DNA of 32,000 nt, from NCBI RefSeq assembly GCF_003010495.1, contig NZ_CP027570.1, forward strand, positions 2,400,001 through 2,432,000, given 5' to 3'. Positions 16,994 to 24,476 of the stretch are shown one piece after another; position 1 is the first letter of the stretch, and each line of letters begins with the position of its first letter. This DNA comes from Megasphaera elsdenii DSM 20460 (GTDB taxonomy: Bacteria; Bacillota; Negativicutes; Veillonellales; Megasphaeraceae). Position numbers and translations under genes: made by a program. The notes under the pieces are model-generated. The model saw nothing but the letters and a program-made list of their open reading frames with translations, did not search any database and was not told where the DNA came from.

Positions 16994-17144
16994 GTCAGGC
17001 AGTTCTTCTGGCTTGGCTTCATGGCCCTGGCTGCGCCTTCCCATACCTCCGTACAGTGACGTCGTTGCAGCCTGGCTCCACCCTACAGCGGCGGGACCGC
17101 GCCGGCATCGGACCGGCTTCTCTATTGAGTCTGTGACACCTGAC
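16994..17144 (-). promoter_or_regulatory. Cobalamin (B12) riboswitch aptamer
   Basis: The minus strand reads GTCAGGTGTCACAGACTCAATAGAGAAGCCGGTCCGATGCCGGCGCGGTCCCGCCGCTGTAGGGTGG...GTCACTGTACGGAGGTATGGGAAGGCG...AAGCCAGAAGAACTGCCTGAC. This contains the conserved AATAGGGAA-like, GCGCGGTCCCGCC(A/G)CTGTA, CACTG...GGGAAG and B12-box (GCCAGAAGAACTGCC, 16996-17014) blocks. P1 is closed by GTCAGG/CCTGAC. Compared from memory with E. coli btuB and the Rfam RF00174 consensus. Confidence 0.85.
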
Positions 17145-17166
17145 TTACTTCAAACTTACAAACATA

Positions 17167-17196
17167 ACTATATCATGCCCGGCGTCAGACTGTCAA
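17167..17196 (-). promoter_or_regulatory. Sigma70-type promoter for the riboswitch operon (TTGACA-N18-TATAGT)
   Basis: On the minus strand, TTGACA (17196-17191, overlapping the pilO-like stop codon), an 18-nt spacer, then TATAGT (17172-17167), about 25 nt upstream of the aptamer P1. Confidence 0.55.
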
Positions 17197-17642
17197 TGAA
17201 GGGCCTGGCCGGCCATTCCGGCCGTCGTGACTTCAACGGTCACGACGCTTCCGGTCTCGCTTTTCTCCCATTGGAGAATCTGGCAAGTCCCTTGAGGGCA
17301 GACGGCGGGCCAATCATTGATCCAGCTCAGGAGACTGGCAAAGGTACCGGCCAGGACCAGGGTCTGCCGGCCGGCTTCGCGGCCCGACTGCTGCCACGAC
17401 AGGAGCTGGATGTCCCGGGCCGCCAGGGAGGCCGTTACATCGGGGACGCCGTCACAGCCAGCAGGCGCCGGTACCGGCCGCGGCCGCCACGAACGGGCAT
17501 ACGGCGCTAACTGGCGATGGACGCCTTGCCATCCCTGCCAGGCCTGATACGACGAGACGGCAAAAAGAGCGGCTCCCACGGTCAGGATGGCCAGGATGGG
17601 AAAGGCCCGCTGCCAGTCAACCCGTTTTCGCCACGCCTTCAC
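17193..17642 (-). CDS. PilO-like type IV pilus alignment protein (single N-terminal TM); assignment by position and topology
   Basis: GTG start with a GGAGGTGA SD. MKAWRKRVDWQRAFPILAILTVGAALFAVSSY is a TM helix, followed by a ~110-aa soluble domain. It follows pilN with a 26-nt overlap. I can recognise no strong sequence motif. Confidence 0.45.
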   Translation of the reverse strand: MKAWRKRVDWQRAFPILAILTVGAALFAVSSYQAWQGWQGVHRQLAPYARSWRPRPVPAPAGCDGVPDVTASLAARDIQLLSWQQSGREAGRQTLVLAGTFASLLSWINDWPAVCPQGTCQILQWEKSETGSVVTVEVTTAGMAGQALH

Positions 17643-18132
17643 GGCAGGTCACCTCCAGCGCAAAGGGAATCCCCTGGCCCATATCGGGCTTCATCCTGGC
17701 AACGGCCGCCTGGCCGAGGCCCTGCTGCTGCAAGGACCGCTGCCACTGCTGCGGCGTATCCGGTGAGGCCGTCCGGCCTTCGATGACGACCCGGCCGGAC
17801 CGGCTGCTGACCTTTTCGACGGCGAGTCCCTCCGGCTTAGACCCGGCCAAAGCCACCATCAGGGACGGCGATAAGGGGCCAGCCGGCCGCTCCTTTGCAG
17901 CCCGTTCCACCTGTGCCTGGCCGCGGCGGATTGCTTCGTTTCCCTGCCGTATCTGTTGCTGCAGCGGGTACAGGCAGTCCGTATAATAGGCCTTTTCCCG
18001 GTGCAGCTGGTACTGGAAAAAGAGGCCTGCCCCCAAACAGACCGTCAGCATCAGGAGCAAGCCCAGACAGGCCGGCCGCTGCCAAAGCCCGTGTTGCTGG
18101 CGGTATCCCAAGGGCAAGAGATTGCATTTCAT
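17617..18132 (-). CDS. pilN: PilN-like type IV pilus assembly protein
   Basis: MKCNLLPLGYRQQHGLWQRPACLGLLLMLTVCLGAGLF has the conserved INLLP-type N-terminus (the PilM-binding peptide), followed by a TM helix and a coiled-coil region. ATG 18132 is preferred (GAGGAGGG SD 6 nt upstream); an in-frame ATG at 18138 is also possible. Confidence 0.7.
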   Translation of the reverse strand: MKCNLLPLGYRQQHGLWQRPACLGLLLMLTVCLGAGLFFQYQLHREKAYYTDCLYPLQQQIRQGNEAIRRGQAQVERAAKERPAGPLSPSLMVALAGSKPEGLAVEKVSSRSGRVVIEGRTASPDTPQQWQRSLQQQGLGQAAVARMKPDMGQGIPFALEVTCREGVAKTG

Positions 18133-18144
18133 GATCATCCCTCC

Positions 18145-18900
18145 TCATAAGAAAGCCAGCATGGCCGTGGCCTGGGTCAGCTGGCAGTCCTCCATCAGGC
18201 AGCGAACAGCCGGACTCGGCCTGGCCGGCTGCCAGTCTTCCGCACCGGCCCCTTCGGGAAGCCAGCGGAAAGGCGGCAGGTCCGCCGGCGGCACAACCGC
18301 TTGTACCTCATAAGCCAGGGGCAGGCCATCTTTCAGGCGGATCCGGTGCTGCTGTCTATCCGGCATTTCCTGGAAGACCAGCGTCCCCGTACCGGAAGGC
18401 CAAAGGCGTCCCAGGAAAGCGGGCAGCAAATCGATGGACCGGATGACAGCCCCGGCATCATGGCAGGCCTTACAGATAGCGGCGACACCTTCCTTGGGAT
18501 AGGCCCCGACGGTCCAGTCATAAAGGCCGCCATCGCTTTTGGCCGGACAGGCTGCCTCGAAGGCATAGGCCCGCCCTTCCTCACTGACCAGGCCGGCCCC
18601 GGCAATGAGGGCATCCGCTTCCTGTCGGTCCGGCGTCCCCAGGGACAGGCGTTTCCAGAGCACGCCCGGCCCGCCCAGAAGCAGACGCAGGTGCCAGCCG
18701 GCCAGGCCATAGCGCCGCAGGAGGCCGGGCAGACAGGCCTGTACTGCAGTTTCCCGGCCCATCCAGTCCGGGTCCCGCTTCGCTTCATAATCCCAGTGAC
18801 CCTGGCGGAAAGCGACGCCTCCATACCAGGTCCGTTTCGTCTTTAATAGATGGACAGACTGTCCATTCAGCCACAAACAGGCATTTTGTTGCCACCACAT
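18145..18900 (-). CDS. PilM-like protein, short (251 aa versus ~350 aa for canonical PilM)
   Basis: Lies immediately upstream of pilN. The segment LRLLLGGPGVLWKRLSLGTPDRQEADALI...YDWTVGAYPKEGVAAICKACHDAGAVIRSIDLLPAFLGRL resembles the PilM region around the conserved (V/I)D.e.(F/A)AL motif. No clear nucleotide-binding motif seen. Confidence 0.45.
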   Translation of the reverse strand: MWWQQNACLWLNGQSVHLLKTKRTWYGGVAFRQGHWDYEAKRDPDWMGRETAVQACLPGLLRRYGLAGWHLRLLLGGPGVLWKRLSLGTPDRQEADALIAGAGLVSEEGRAYAFEAACPAKSDGGLYDWTVGAYPKEGVAAICKACHDAGAVIRSIDLLPAFLGRLWPSGTGTLVFQEMPDRQQHRIRLKDGLPLAYEVQAVVPPADLPPFRWLPEGAGAEDWQPARPSPAVRCLMEDCQLTQATAMLAFL

Positions 18901-18916
18901 ACGCTCACCTCTCTCG

Positions 18917-19351
18917 TTAATTCACATACTGGCAGCGGTGCAGCACAGGCCGCCCCTGCTCATCGGCACGGACCTCGAAGCGGAGGCCGCACGTCTGCTG
19001 GACCGCCGAGTCTGGCACGGCCGCCTGGGCCTTCAAGAAACCACCGGCCACTGCACCGGCCGGCTGATACCGGCAGCGCACGGAAAGCTGTTCTCCCTGA
19101 GAAGCCAGGCCTTCTGCCTGCGGCACGGGGATAGGCCTTCCCTGGAGGAAATCATCGGGATGCCGGCAGAGCTGGTCCCAGCCTTCATGGAGGGCACTTT
19201 CTGCTAAATAGGTCAGCCGCACCGTTTCTTCGTAAGTCCGGGCCATCTGGAAATGCTTCCACGCCAGGGACGCCGCCGTCAGGGACAGGCTCAAAGCCAG
19301 CAGGGCCACGGTTACGATAGAAAAAGAAAAGAAACCGTTTCGTTTTTTCAT
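18917..19351 (-). CDS. Pilin-like protein (minor pilin candidate), class III signal MKKRNG/FFSFS
   Basis: Short basic leader ending in Gly, followed by a hydrophobic helix FFSFSIVTVALLALSLSLTAASLA. Position +5 is Ser, not Glu. ATGA overlap with the upstream gene. Confidence 0.55.
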   Translation of the reverse strand: MKKRNGFFSFSIVTVALLALSLSLTAASLAWKHFQMARTYEETVRLTYLAESALHEGWDQLCRHPDDFLQGRPIPVPQAEGLASQGEQLSVRCRYQPAGAVAGGFLKAQAAVPDSAVQQTCGLRFEVRADEQGRPVLHRCQYVN

Positions 19352-19890
19352 AGCTCACCTTCGTTCAAAGGCCATACGGCAAACTGCACGGGCCGGGACA
19401 GGCCGCTCCGCTTTTCTTTCAGGAGGAAGGCGACCTGGACAGCCCGGCCTGTCCGGGAGAAAAAGGGCTGGCCGTCGAGAGGCAGGATGGCTAGAAAACG
19501 GCCTTTCACCGTACTGCCGCCGCCCGTCAGGGGCTGATAGCGGCCATCGCTGAGGCGGACATACAGGCTTTGATGGCGGACGGCAAAGCCCCTGGCCGTG
19601 CCCTGGGACGTGTGGAACCGGACCTCCGCCGGCGCCACTTCCACCTCCTGGCCGTAGCGCAGGGCCTGGAACAGCGTTTCTTCCACGTTGACGTGCTGCC
19701 GCAGCAAGGCTTCTTCAATCTGACAGCGCCGGTCCAGCCGGGCCGTCTGTCCGGCCAGGGGCAGCAGGGCCGTCAGGGTCAGGGCGGACAGGCCCAAGGC
19801 CAGGAGCACGTCTAAGAGAATCCAGCCGTTCTTCTCCAGTCTTTTCCGGCGCCAGGAGCCGGCAGGAAACACGGAGCCCATGGTCATCAC
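19348..19890 (-). CDS. Pilin-like protein (minor pilin candidate), ...RRKRLEKNG/WILLD
   Basis: Leader ends in KNG, then WILLDVLLALGLSALTLTALLPLA with Asp at +5. Possible starts are GTG 19890, ATG 19887 and ATG 19878. Beta-rich C-terminal domain. Confidence 0.55.
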   Translation of the reverse strand: MMTMGSVFPAGSWRRKRLEKNGWILLDVLLALGLSALTLTALLPLAGQTARLDRRCQIEEALLRQHVNVEETLFQALRYGQEVEVAPAEVRFHTSQGTARGFAVRHQSLYVRLSDGRYQPLTGGGSTVKGRFLAILPLDGQPFFSRTGRAVQVAFLLKEKRSGLSRPVQFAVWPLNEGEL

Positions 19891-20221
19891 CTGCCTCTAC
19901 ATACCGTAAAATCAGGCCGCCATCCCGTTCGGTCTGCTGAGAAACCACTTCATAAGACCGGCCCTCCAAGACGACGCGACTGGGCGGCGGACAGCCGCCT
20001 TTCCAGGCTTCCATGACCTGCCGGCAGACCATGGCGGCCAGCTGCCGCTGCCGGGCCTGCTGATGCCATTGGCTGGCCTGGAGCGAAAGGCCCAGGGCCG
20101 TCATGAGCAGACAGGCCCCGATGAGCAGGCCAGCCAGGCCGTCGGCGAAGAACAAGAAGCCATTGGCTTCAGGCCAGGCGGATGCGCCCGGTCTGAGCCG
20201 CCACGACGATGGAGCGCTCAT
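19715..20221 (-). CDS. Pilin-like ORF with uncertain start and an anomalous 3' tail
   Basis: Contains ...PEANG/FLFFADGLAGLLIGACLLMTALGLSL (Gly-Phe junction plus hydrophobic helix). The nearest in-frame starts are ATG 20221 and 20230, giving a 21-24-aa leader. The last ~58 codons overlap the next gene out of frame and are low-complexity Pro/Gly/Arg. Confidence 0.35.
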   Translation of the reverse strand: MSAPSSWRLRPGASAWPEANGFLFFADGLAGLLIGACLLMTALGLSLQASQWHQQARQRQLAAMVCRQVMEAWKGGCPPPSRVVLEGRSYEVVSQQTERDGGLILRYVEAGDDHGLRVSCRLLAPEKTGEERLDSLRRAPGLGPVRPDPDGPAAPGRTDGPAGPALSD

Positions 20222-20594
20222 AAGCCCCATCGGGCGCCGTGATGACCACAGACATCGTATGCTGCGGACGGCCATCGACATCAAAGCACACATCTCCTTT
20301 CGTCACTTGCAGGCCTGGCGGATAAGGCCGTTCCTTGATCCGGACGTAGCCTTCCTGGAGGACGTAGCGGTCCCCTTCCAGGACCAGTTTCCAGCGGCCG
20401 CTGCCCTGGTTGTTGCCGACACAACGCTGCCGGACCTGCTGCATATCCAGGGCCATTTCCCGCGCCAGGCCATCGACGGCCTGATGGCTGCGGCTGCGCT
20501 GGCTCCCGGTCAGGCACAATCCCAGGTACAGCACCAGCAATCCCGCAGCCAGCATCAAGCCGGTCAGGCTGAGGAAGCCGTTTCCCTTCACCAT
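20169..20594 (-). CDS. Pilin-like protein (minor pilin candidate), MVKGNG/FLSLT
   Basis: AGGAGG SD 6 nt upstream of ATG 20594. Leader MVKGNG, then FLSLTGLMLAAGLLVLYLGLCL with Thr at +5. The track ORF start at 20879 is an upstream extension inside the peptidase gene. Confidence 0.55.
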   Translation of the reverse strand: MVKGNGFLSLTGLMLAAGLLVLYLGLCLTGSQRSRSHQAVDGLAREMALDMQQVRQRCVGNNQGSGRWKLVLEGDRYVLQEGYVRIKERPYPPGLQVTKGDVCFDVDGRPQHTMSVVITAPDGAYERSIVVAAQTGRIRLA

Positions 20595-21040
20595 AGCCAG
20601 CCTCCTGGCCACCACGACGGGAAAGGCCCCTGGGCCAGCCACCAGCCCAGCAGGAGGAACGGGCCGAAGGGAATGACAGAGGCCCCTTTCCAGCGCCGAT
20701 ACACCAAGGCGGCCGGTGCAGCCAGGCAAAAGGACGCGACCAGCATGACCCAGGCGCCCCAGTCGGGGCAGCCCGGCGACAAGGCCAGGGCCAGTTTGAT
20801 GTCGCCGCTGCCGATAGCGCCGGGCCAGAGGCCATAGAGGACCAGGAAAAAGGCGGCGACGCCGACAGAGACCGGCCAAAACGGGCGCACTAAGCCGGCA
20901 TATCCGGCCAGGCCGTTGCCCAGGGCCAGGGCCAGGACGGGAGCGTCAGCAATCCAGCAGCGCCGGATATCGGTGTAGCAGATCCAGGCCGTACAGCCTG
21001 CGGCCGTGCCATACCAGAGGAACAGTTCAGGCCACTCCAT
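20588..21040 (-). CDS. pilD: Prepilin peptidase, A24 family, short form (~150 aa, no N-terminal methyltransferase region)
   Basis: MEWPELFLWYGTAAGCTAWICYTDIRRCWIAD... and ...WPGAIGSGDIKLALAL... carry the two catalytic Asp motifs (xD near TM1 and G-x-G-D-x-K-L). It is polytopic and hydrophobic. Start at ATG 21040, 4 nt after the pilin stop. Confidence 0.75.
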   Translation of the reverse strand: MEWPELFLWYGTAAGCTAWICYTDIRRCWIADAPVLALALGNGLAGYAGLVRPFWPVSVGVAAFFLVLYGLWPGAIGSGDIKLALALSPGCPDWGAWVMLVASFCLAAPAALVYRRWKGASVIPFGPFLLLGWWLAQGPFPSWWPGGWLW

Positions 21041-21044
21041 AGGC

Positions 21045-21410
21045 TCAGCCCTTCCCTTCCTGGGCCGACGCCGCATCGGACGAAAAATGCTTGTTGTTAT
21101 AGTCGGCAGAGACGACGCCATCGGCTATCTGATATTCCCCTTTGTCCGGCGTGAGCGGCTTGAACTGCAAGTACTGCTTGCCATCGCTGTCCTTGGTCAC
21201 TAAGTCGTCGATACTAGCCGGAAAGACGCCATGGTCGATTTCATAGAGGGCGGCAGCATTGCTGATGGTCCGGATATCGGCTTGTACCTTGGCTTCCTGG
21301 GCCGTCTTCGTCGCCGAAGAGAAGCGCGGTACGGCAAAGGAGGCGAAAATGAGGACCAGGGATACACAAATCAACATTTCCAACAGAGAAAAACCATTGC
21401 GAGTCTGCAT
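21045..21410 (-). CDS. Major type IV (pseudo)pilin, PulG/ComGC-like
   Basis: MQTRNG/FSLLEMLICVSLVLIFASFAVPRF has the canonical G/F cleavage site with Glu at +5. Then TKTAQEAKVQADIRTISNAAALYEIDHGVFPASIDDLV resembles the GspG-type core. AAAGGAG SD lies 8 nt upstream of ATG 21410. An alternative ATG at 21428 overlaps the pilC stop. Confidence 0.85.
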   Translation of the reverse strand: MQTRNGFSLLEMLICVSLVLIFASFAVPRFSSATKTAQEAKVQADIRTISNAAALYEIDHGVFPASIDDLVTKDSDGKQYLQFKPLTPDKGEYQIADGVVSADYNNKHFSSDAASAQEGKG

Positions 21411-21427
21411 AGTAAAAACTCCTTTCA

Positions 21428-22477
21428 TCAAGTCACAACGCTGGATGCCATATCCAGCAGGGGTAAGAGGAAACAAAGAATCAAAAAGCCCATCAAAGCC
21501 CCGGTCAGCAAGAGGACGACCGGCCCGAGCCAGCGCTGCAGCCGGCCGGCCAGCTGTTGGAGGCGGCTGCCGTAATAGCGGGAAATCGATGCCAGGGCCT
21601 CATCGTACCTGCCGGTCATTTCCCCGACGGCCAGCATGGTTTCGACATAAGGCGTGCCGAAACGGCCGGCGTGGACGGCCTGGCTGAAGGCACAGCCCCG
21701 TTCCAGCAGCAGCCGGGCTTGCAGGATATACTGCCGGAAAAGGCGCGACGGCACGACGGCAGCGGCTTCGGGCAGACTGTCCAGCAAGGGGATGCCGCCG
21801 GCCAGCTGGACGGCCAGGATCTGGCTGAACCGCTGCCAGGCCCAGACGAGGACCCAGGTCTGGAGCCAGGGCAGGCGGAAAAATTGCCGTTCCAGTTCCA
21901 GCCGCCATTCGGCCTGCTGCCAGGCCCAGCGCAGGACGAGGAGGCCGACGGTCAGCCCGGCCAGGCCATAGATGCCGTAATGGCGCAAGGCGCCCATGGC
22001 GGCCAGCAGATACTGCGTCCCTTTTGGCAGGGGGACGGCCATCTGGTCCATCATATCCGTAAAGACAGGGATGATGAAAAGGCACGCCCCTGCCGTCAGC
22101 AGGATCAGGCAGACCAGCAGGAAGGCCGGATAGGCCAGGGCCTGGACGAGGAGGCGCCGCTCCTTCCCCTTGGTTTCATAGAAATCGGCCAGGACACGGC
22201 AGAGTCCTTCGAGGTTCCCTGTCTGTTCGCCGGCCCGGATGAGGCGGCAGGCCAACTCGGGGAAGGCCCGGCACTGGTCCATGGCCTGGGACGGACAGAC
22301 GCCCTGCTCCATCTGCAAGGCCGCCAGATGGAGCGGACGGCGATAGCGGCCCGGCATGTCGGCCATCAGCAGCTGCCAGGCCTGGACCAGCGGGATGCCG
22401 CTGCCGACGAGGGTTGCCAGCTGGCGAAAGAAAAAGGCCAGCAAGGTCACGGGCAGCCGCGCGGTCCGGCGCCTCAT
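21428..22477 (-). CDS. pilC: Type IV pilus / T2SS platform protein (PilC/GspF/ComGB family)
   Basis: 349 aa with two GspF-type repeats: FFFRQLATLVGSGIPLVQAWQLL... and FSQILAVQLAGGIPLLDSLPEAA.... Three TM regions. ATGA overlap with the pilT stop. Confidence 0.9.
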   Translation of the reverse strand: MRRRTARLPVTLLAFFFRQLATLVGSGIPLVQAWQLLMADMPGRYRRPLHLAALQMEQGVCPSQAMDQCRAFPELACRLIRAGEQTGNLEGLCRVLADFYETKGKERRLLVQALAYPAFLLVCLILLTAGACLFIIPVFTDMMDQMAVPLPKGTQYLLAAMGALRHYGIYGLAGLTVGLLVLRWAWQQAEWRLELERQFFRLPWLQTWVLVWAWQRFSQILAVQLAGGIPLLDSLPEAAAVVPSRLFRQYILQARLLLERGCAFSQAVHAGRFGTPYVETMLAVGEMTGRYDEALASISRYYGSRLQQLAGRLQRWLGPVVLLLTGALMGFLILCFLLPLLDMASSVVT

Positions 22478-23436
22478 AAGGACCCTCCGGCCCGGCAGCG
22501 GCGCAGGGCCTGGTCCATCGTCCGCATACCGGCAGCGGCACCGGTCTGCATGACCGTCGGCAGCTGATATTCTTTGCCGTTGCGGATGAGCTGGACTACG
22601 GCCGGCGTGCGCACGAGGATCTCCCGGACGATTTCGACCTGCCCCTGCCCTTCCAGCCGGCGCTGGGCCAATACGGCCTGCAGTACCATGGCCAGGCGGT
22701 AGCGGACTTCCTGCCGGGCATCGCCGCTGTAAGCCCCGGCAATGCGGCTCACGGCCTGGGCCGCGGACGGCGTGTGCAGCGTCGACAAGACGAAGTGCCC
22801 CGTTTCAGCGGCCATCAGGGCCGCATCCATGGCCGGCCGGTCGCGCATCTCACCGATGAGGATGACGTCCGGGTCCTGGCGCAGGGCCTGGCGGATGCCC
22901 TCGGCAAAGTCCGGGAAATGCGTTCCCAGTTCGCGCTGCGTAATCAAGGAGGCCTTGCCCTTTTCGACGTATTCGATAGGGTCTTCCAAGGTGATGATGT
23001 GGCACGGCCGCCGTTCATTGATGGCCTGCAAGATGCGCCACAAGGCCGTCGTCTTGCCGCTGCCCGTGGGACCGCAGACCAGGACCAGGCCCTGTGTCAG
23101 CCGGCTGAGGCGCTCCAGCAGGGGCCCGTCGCCATCCGGCGGCAGGGACGCCAGGGGATAGAGGAAGCGTATCGTCGCGTGGAGGCCGGCGTATTCCCGG
23201 CAGACATGGAGGCGGCAGCGCAGGGACCGGCGCCAGGAAAAGGCGCCATCCCCCACTTCGTCCCGGGTCCAGCCGACAGCGTGCAGCAGGCAGCGCACGT
23301 CGTCTTCGGACAACGGCGGACCGGGAAAGGAACAGAGGCCCTGGGCCAGGCGAAGCATGGGCGGCCGCCCCGTCTGCAAGTGAAGGTCCGCCGCCTGCTG
23401 ACCGATGGCCTTTTCCATCAGTGCCGTTACGTCCAT
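22474..23436 (-). CDS. pilT: PilT-family retraction ATPase
   Basis: MDVTALMEKAIGQQAADLHLQTGRPPMLR..., Walker A GPTGSGKTT, ITLEDPIEYV, LITQRE, DPDVILIGEMRD, AAETGHFVLSTLHT and TPAVVQLIRNGKEYQL are colinear with P. aeruginosa PilT (recalled from memory). Confidence 0.9.
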   Translation of the reverse strand: MDVTALMEKAIGQQAADLHLQTGRPPMLRLAQGLCSFPGPPLSEDDVRCLLHAVGWTRDEVGDGAFSWRRSLRCRLHVCREYAGLHATIRFLYPLASLPPDGDGPLLERLSRLTQGLVLVCGPTGSGKTTALWRILQAINERRPCHIITLEDPIEYVEKGKASLITQRELGTHFPDFAEGIRQALRQDPDVILIGEMRDRPAMDAALMAAETGHFVLSTLHTPSAAQAVSRIAGAYSGDARQEVRYRLAMVLQAVLAQRRLEGQGQVEIVREILVRTPAVVQLIRNGKEYQLPTVMQTGAAAGMRTMDQALRRCRAGGSL

Positions 23437-24476
23437 CGGGCCTCACCACCTTCACAGATGCGGCGTATCTCTTGTTCATCGGTCCAGCCGGCCGCCAGGA
23501 CCCGGGCGATGACATCGGTCAGGAGGACAGCCCCATCGTTCCGGGCCGCTTCAGTCAGGGCAGCGACGCCGGCACGGCTGCGGATAGCCGTGCGGAGATG
23601 ACGGCCGGCCGGCACGACTTCACACAGACAGAAGCGGCCTTCATAAGTCCCTGCTTTGGTTTTCCGCCGAACCAGGCGCTGCGAGACAACGCCCGCCAGG
23701 GCATCGGCCGCCAGATACGGGGCGATGCCCATATCGATCAGGCGGACCACGGCCTCGACGGCACTCGGCGCATGGAGGGTGCTGAAGATGACGTGTCCCG
23801 TCAAAGCGGCCCGCACGGCAATGCGCGCCGTCTCGCTGTCACGGATTTCGCCGACGACGAGGATATCCGGGTCCTGGCGCAGCAAGGCCCGCAGGCCGTC
23901 CTGGAACATCATGCCCCCTTTGGCCTGGACCTGGCTTTGGGAAACGCCTTCCATGAGAATTTCCACCGGGTCTTCCAAGGTCGCAATACTGACGGAATCA
24001 TCCTGGATCTCATGGAGGGCCGCGTAGAGGGTCGTCGTCTTGCCGCTGCCCGTCGGGCCGCAGATGACGATGAGCCCCTGGCGGCAGCGGATGAGTCTTT
24101 CCAGGCAGCGCCGAGCCTGGTCATCCATGCCCAGGGCCGAAAGGTCCAGGGGGATGCGCTGGCCGTCGAGGATACGGATGACGACCTTTTCGCCGCGTAC
24201 CGTCGGCAGTGTACTGACCCGCAGGTCCAGGCGGCGATTCCCATCCTTCCAGACGATGCGCCCGTCCTGGGGCAGGCGGCGGTTGGCAATATCCAGGCCG
24301 GCCAGGACTTTGATGCGGCTCACCAGTTTCTCCAGGCTGCTTTTGTGGAGACACCCGGCCTGACAGAGGACACCGTCCCGGCGCCAGCGGATGCGGACGG
24401 CGTCGTCCATGGGTTCGATGTGGATGTCACTGGCCCCGGCGGCCAGGGCGTCTTGTAATAACTTGTTTACGTCCAT
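23427..24476 (-). CDS. pilB: GspE/PilB/ComGA-family assembly ATPase, short form (349 aa)
   Basis: ASDIHIEP...VRIRWRRDGVL, SRIKVLAGLDIANRRLPQDGRI, LRVSTLPTVRGEKVVIRIL, Walker A GPTGSGKTTT, LEDPVE, DPDILVVGEIRD and AALTGHVIFSTLHA. It lacks the long N-terminal domains and the tetracysteine motif of full-length PilB, as ComGA does. Confidence 0.9.
   Translation of the reverse strand: MDVNKLLQDALAAGASDIHIEPMDDAVRIRWRRDGVLCQAGCLHKSSLEKLVSRIKVLAGLDIANRRLPQDGRIVWKDGNRRLDLRVSTLPTVRGEKVVIRILDGQRIPLDLSALGMDDQARRCLERLIRCRQGLIVICGPTGSGKTTTLYAALHEIQDDSVSIATLEDPVEILMEGVSQSQVQAKGGMMFQDGLRALLRQDPDILVVGEIRDSETARIAVRAALTGHVIFSTLHAPSAVEAVVRLIDMGIAPYLAADALAGVVSQRLVRRKTKAGTYEGRFCLCEVVPAGRHLRTAIRSRAGVAALTEAARNDGAVLLTDVIARVLAAGWTDEQEIRRICEGGEARWT

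Noticed and set aside
17193-24476. Pilus cluster as a horizontally acquired island on the basis of high GC.
   Set aside because: Hand counts give ~65-67% GC in pilus genes, but a similar value in the cbi genes. Only the trk, GGDEF and intergenic DNA are lower (~50-57%). I cannot support a compositional island without computation.
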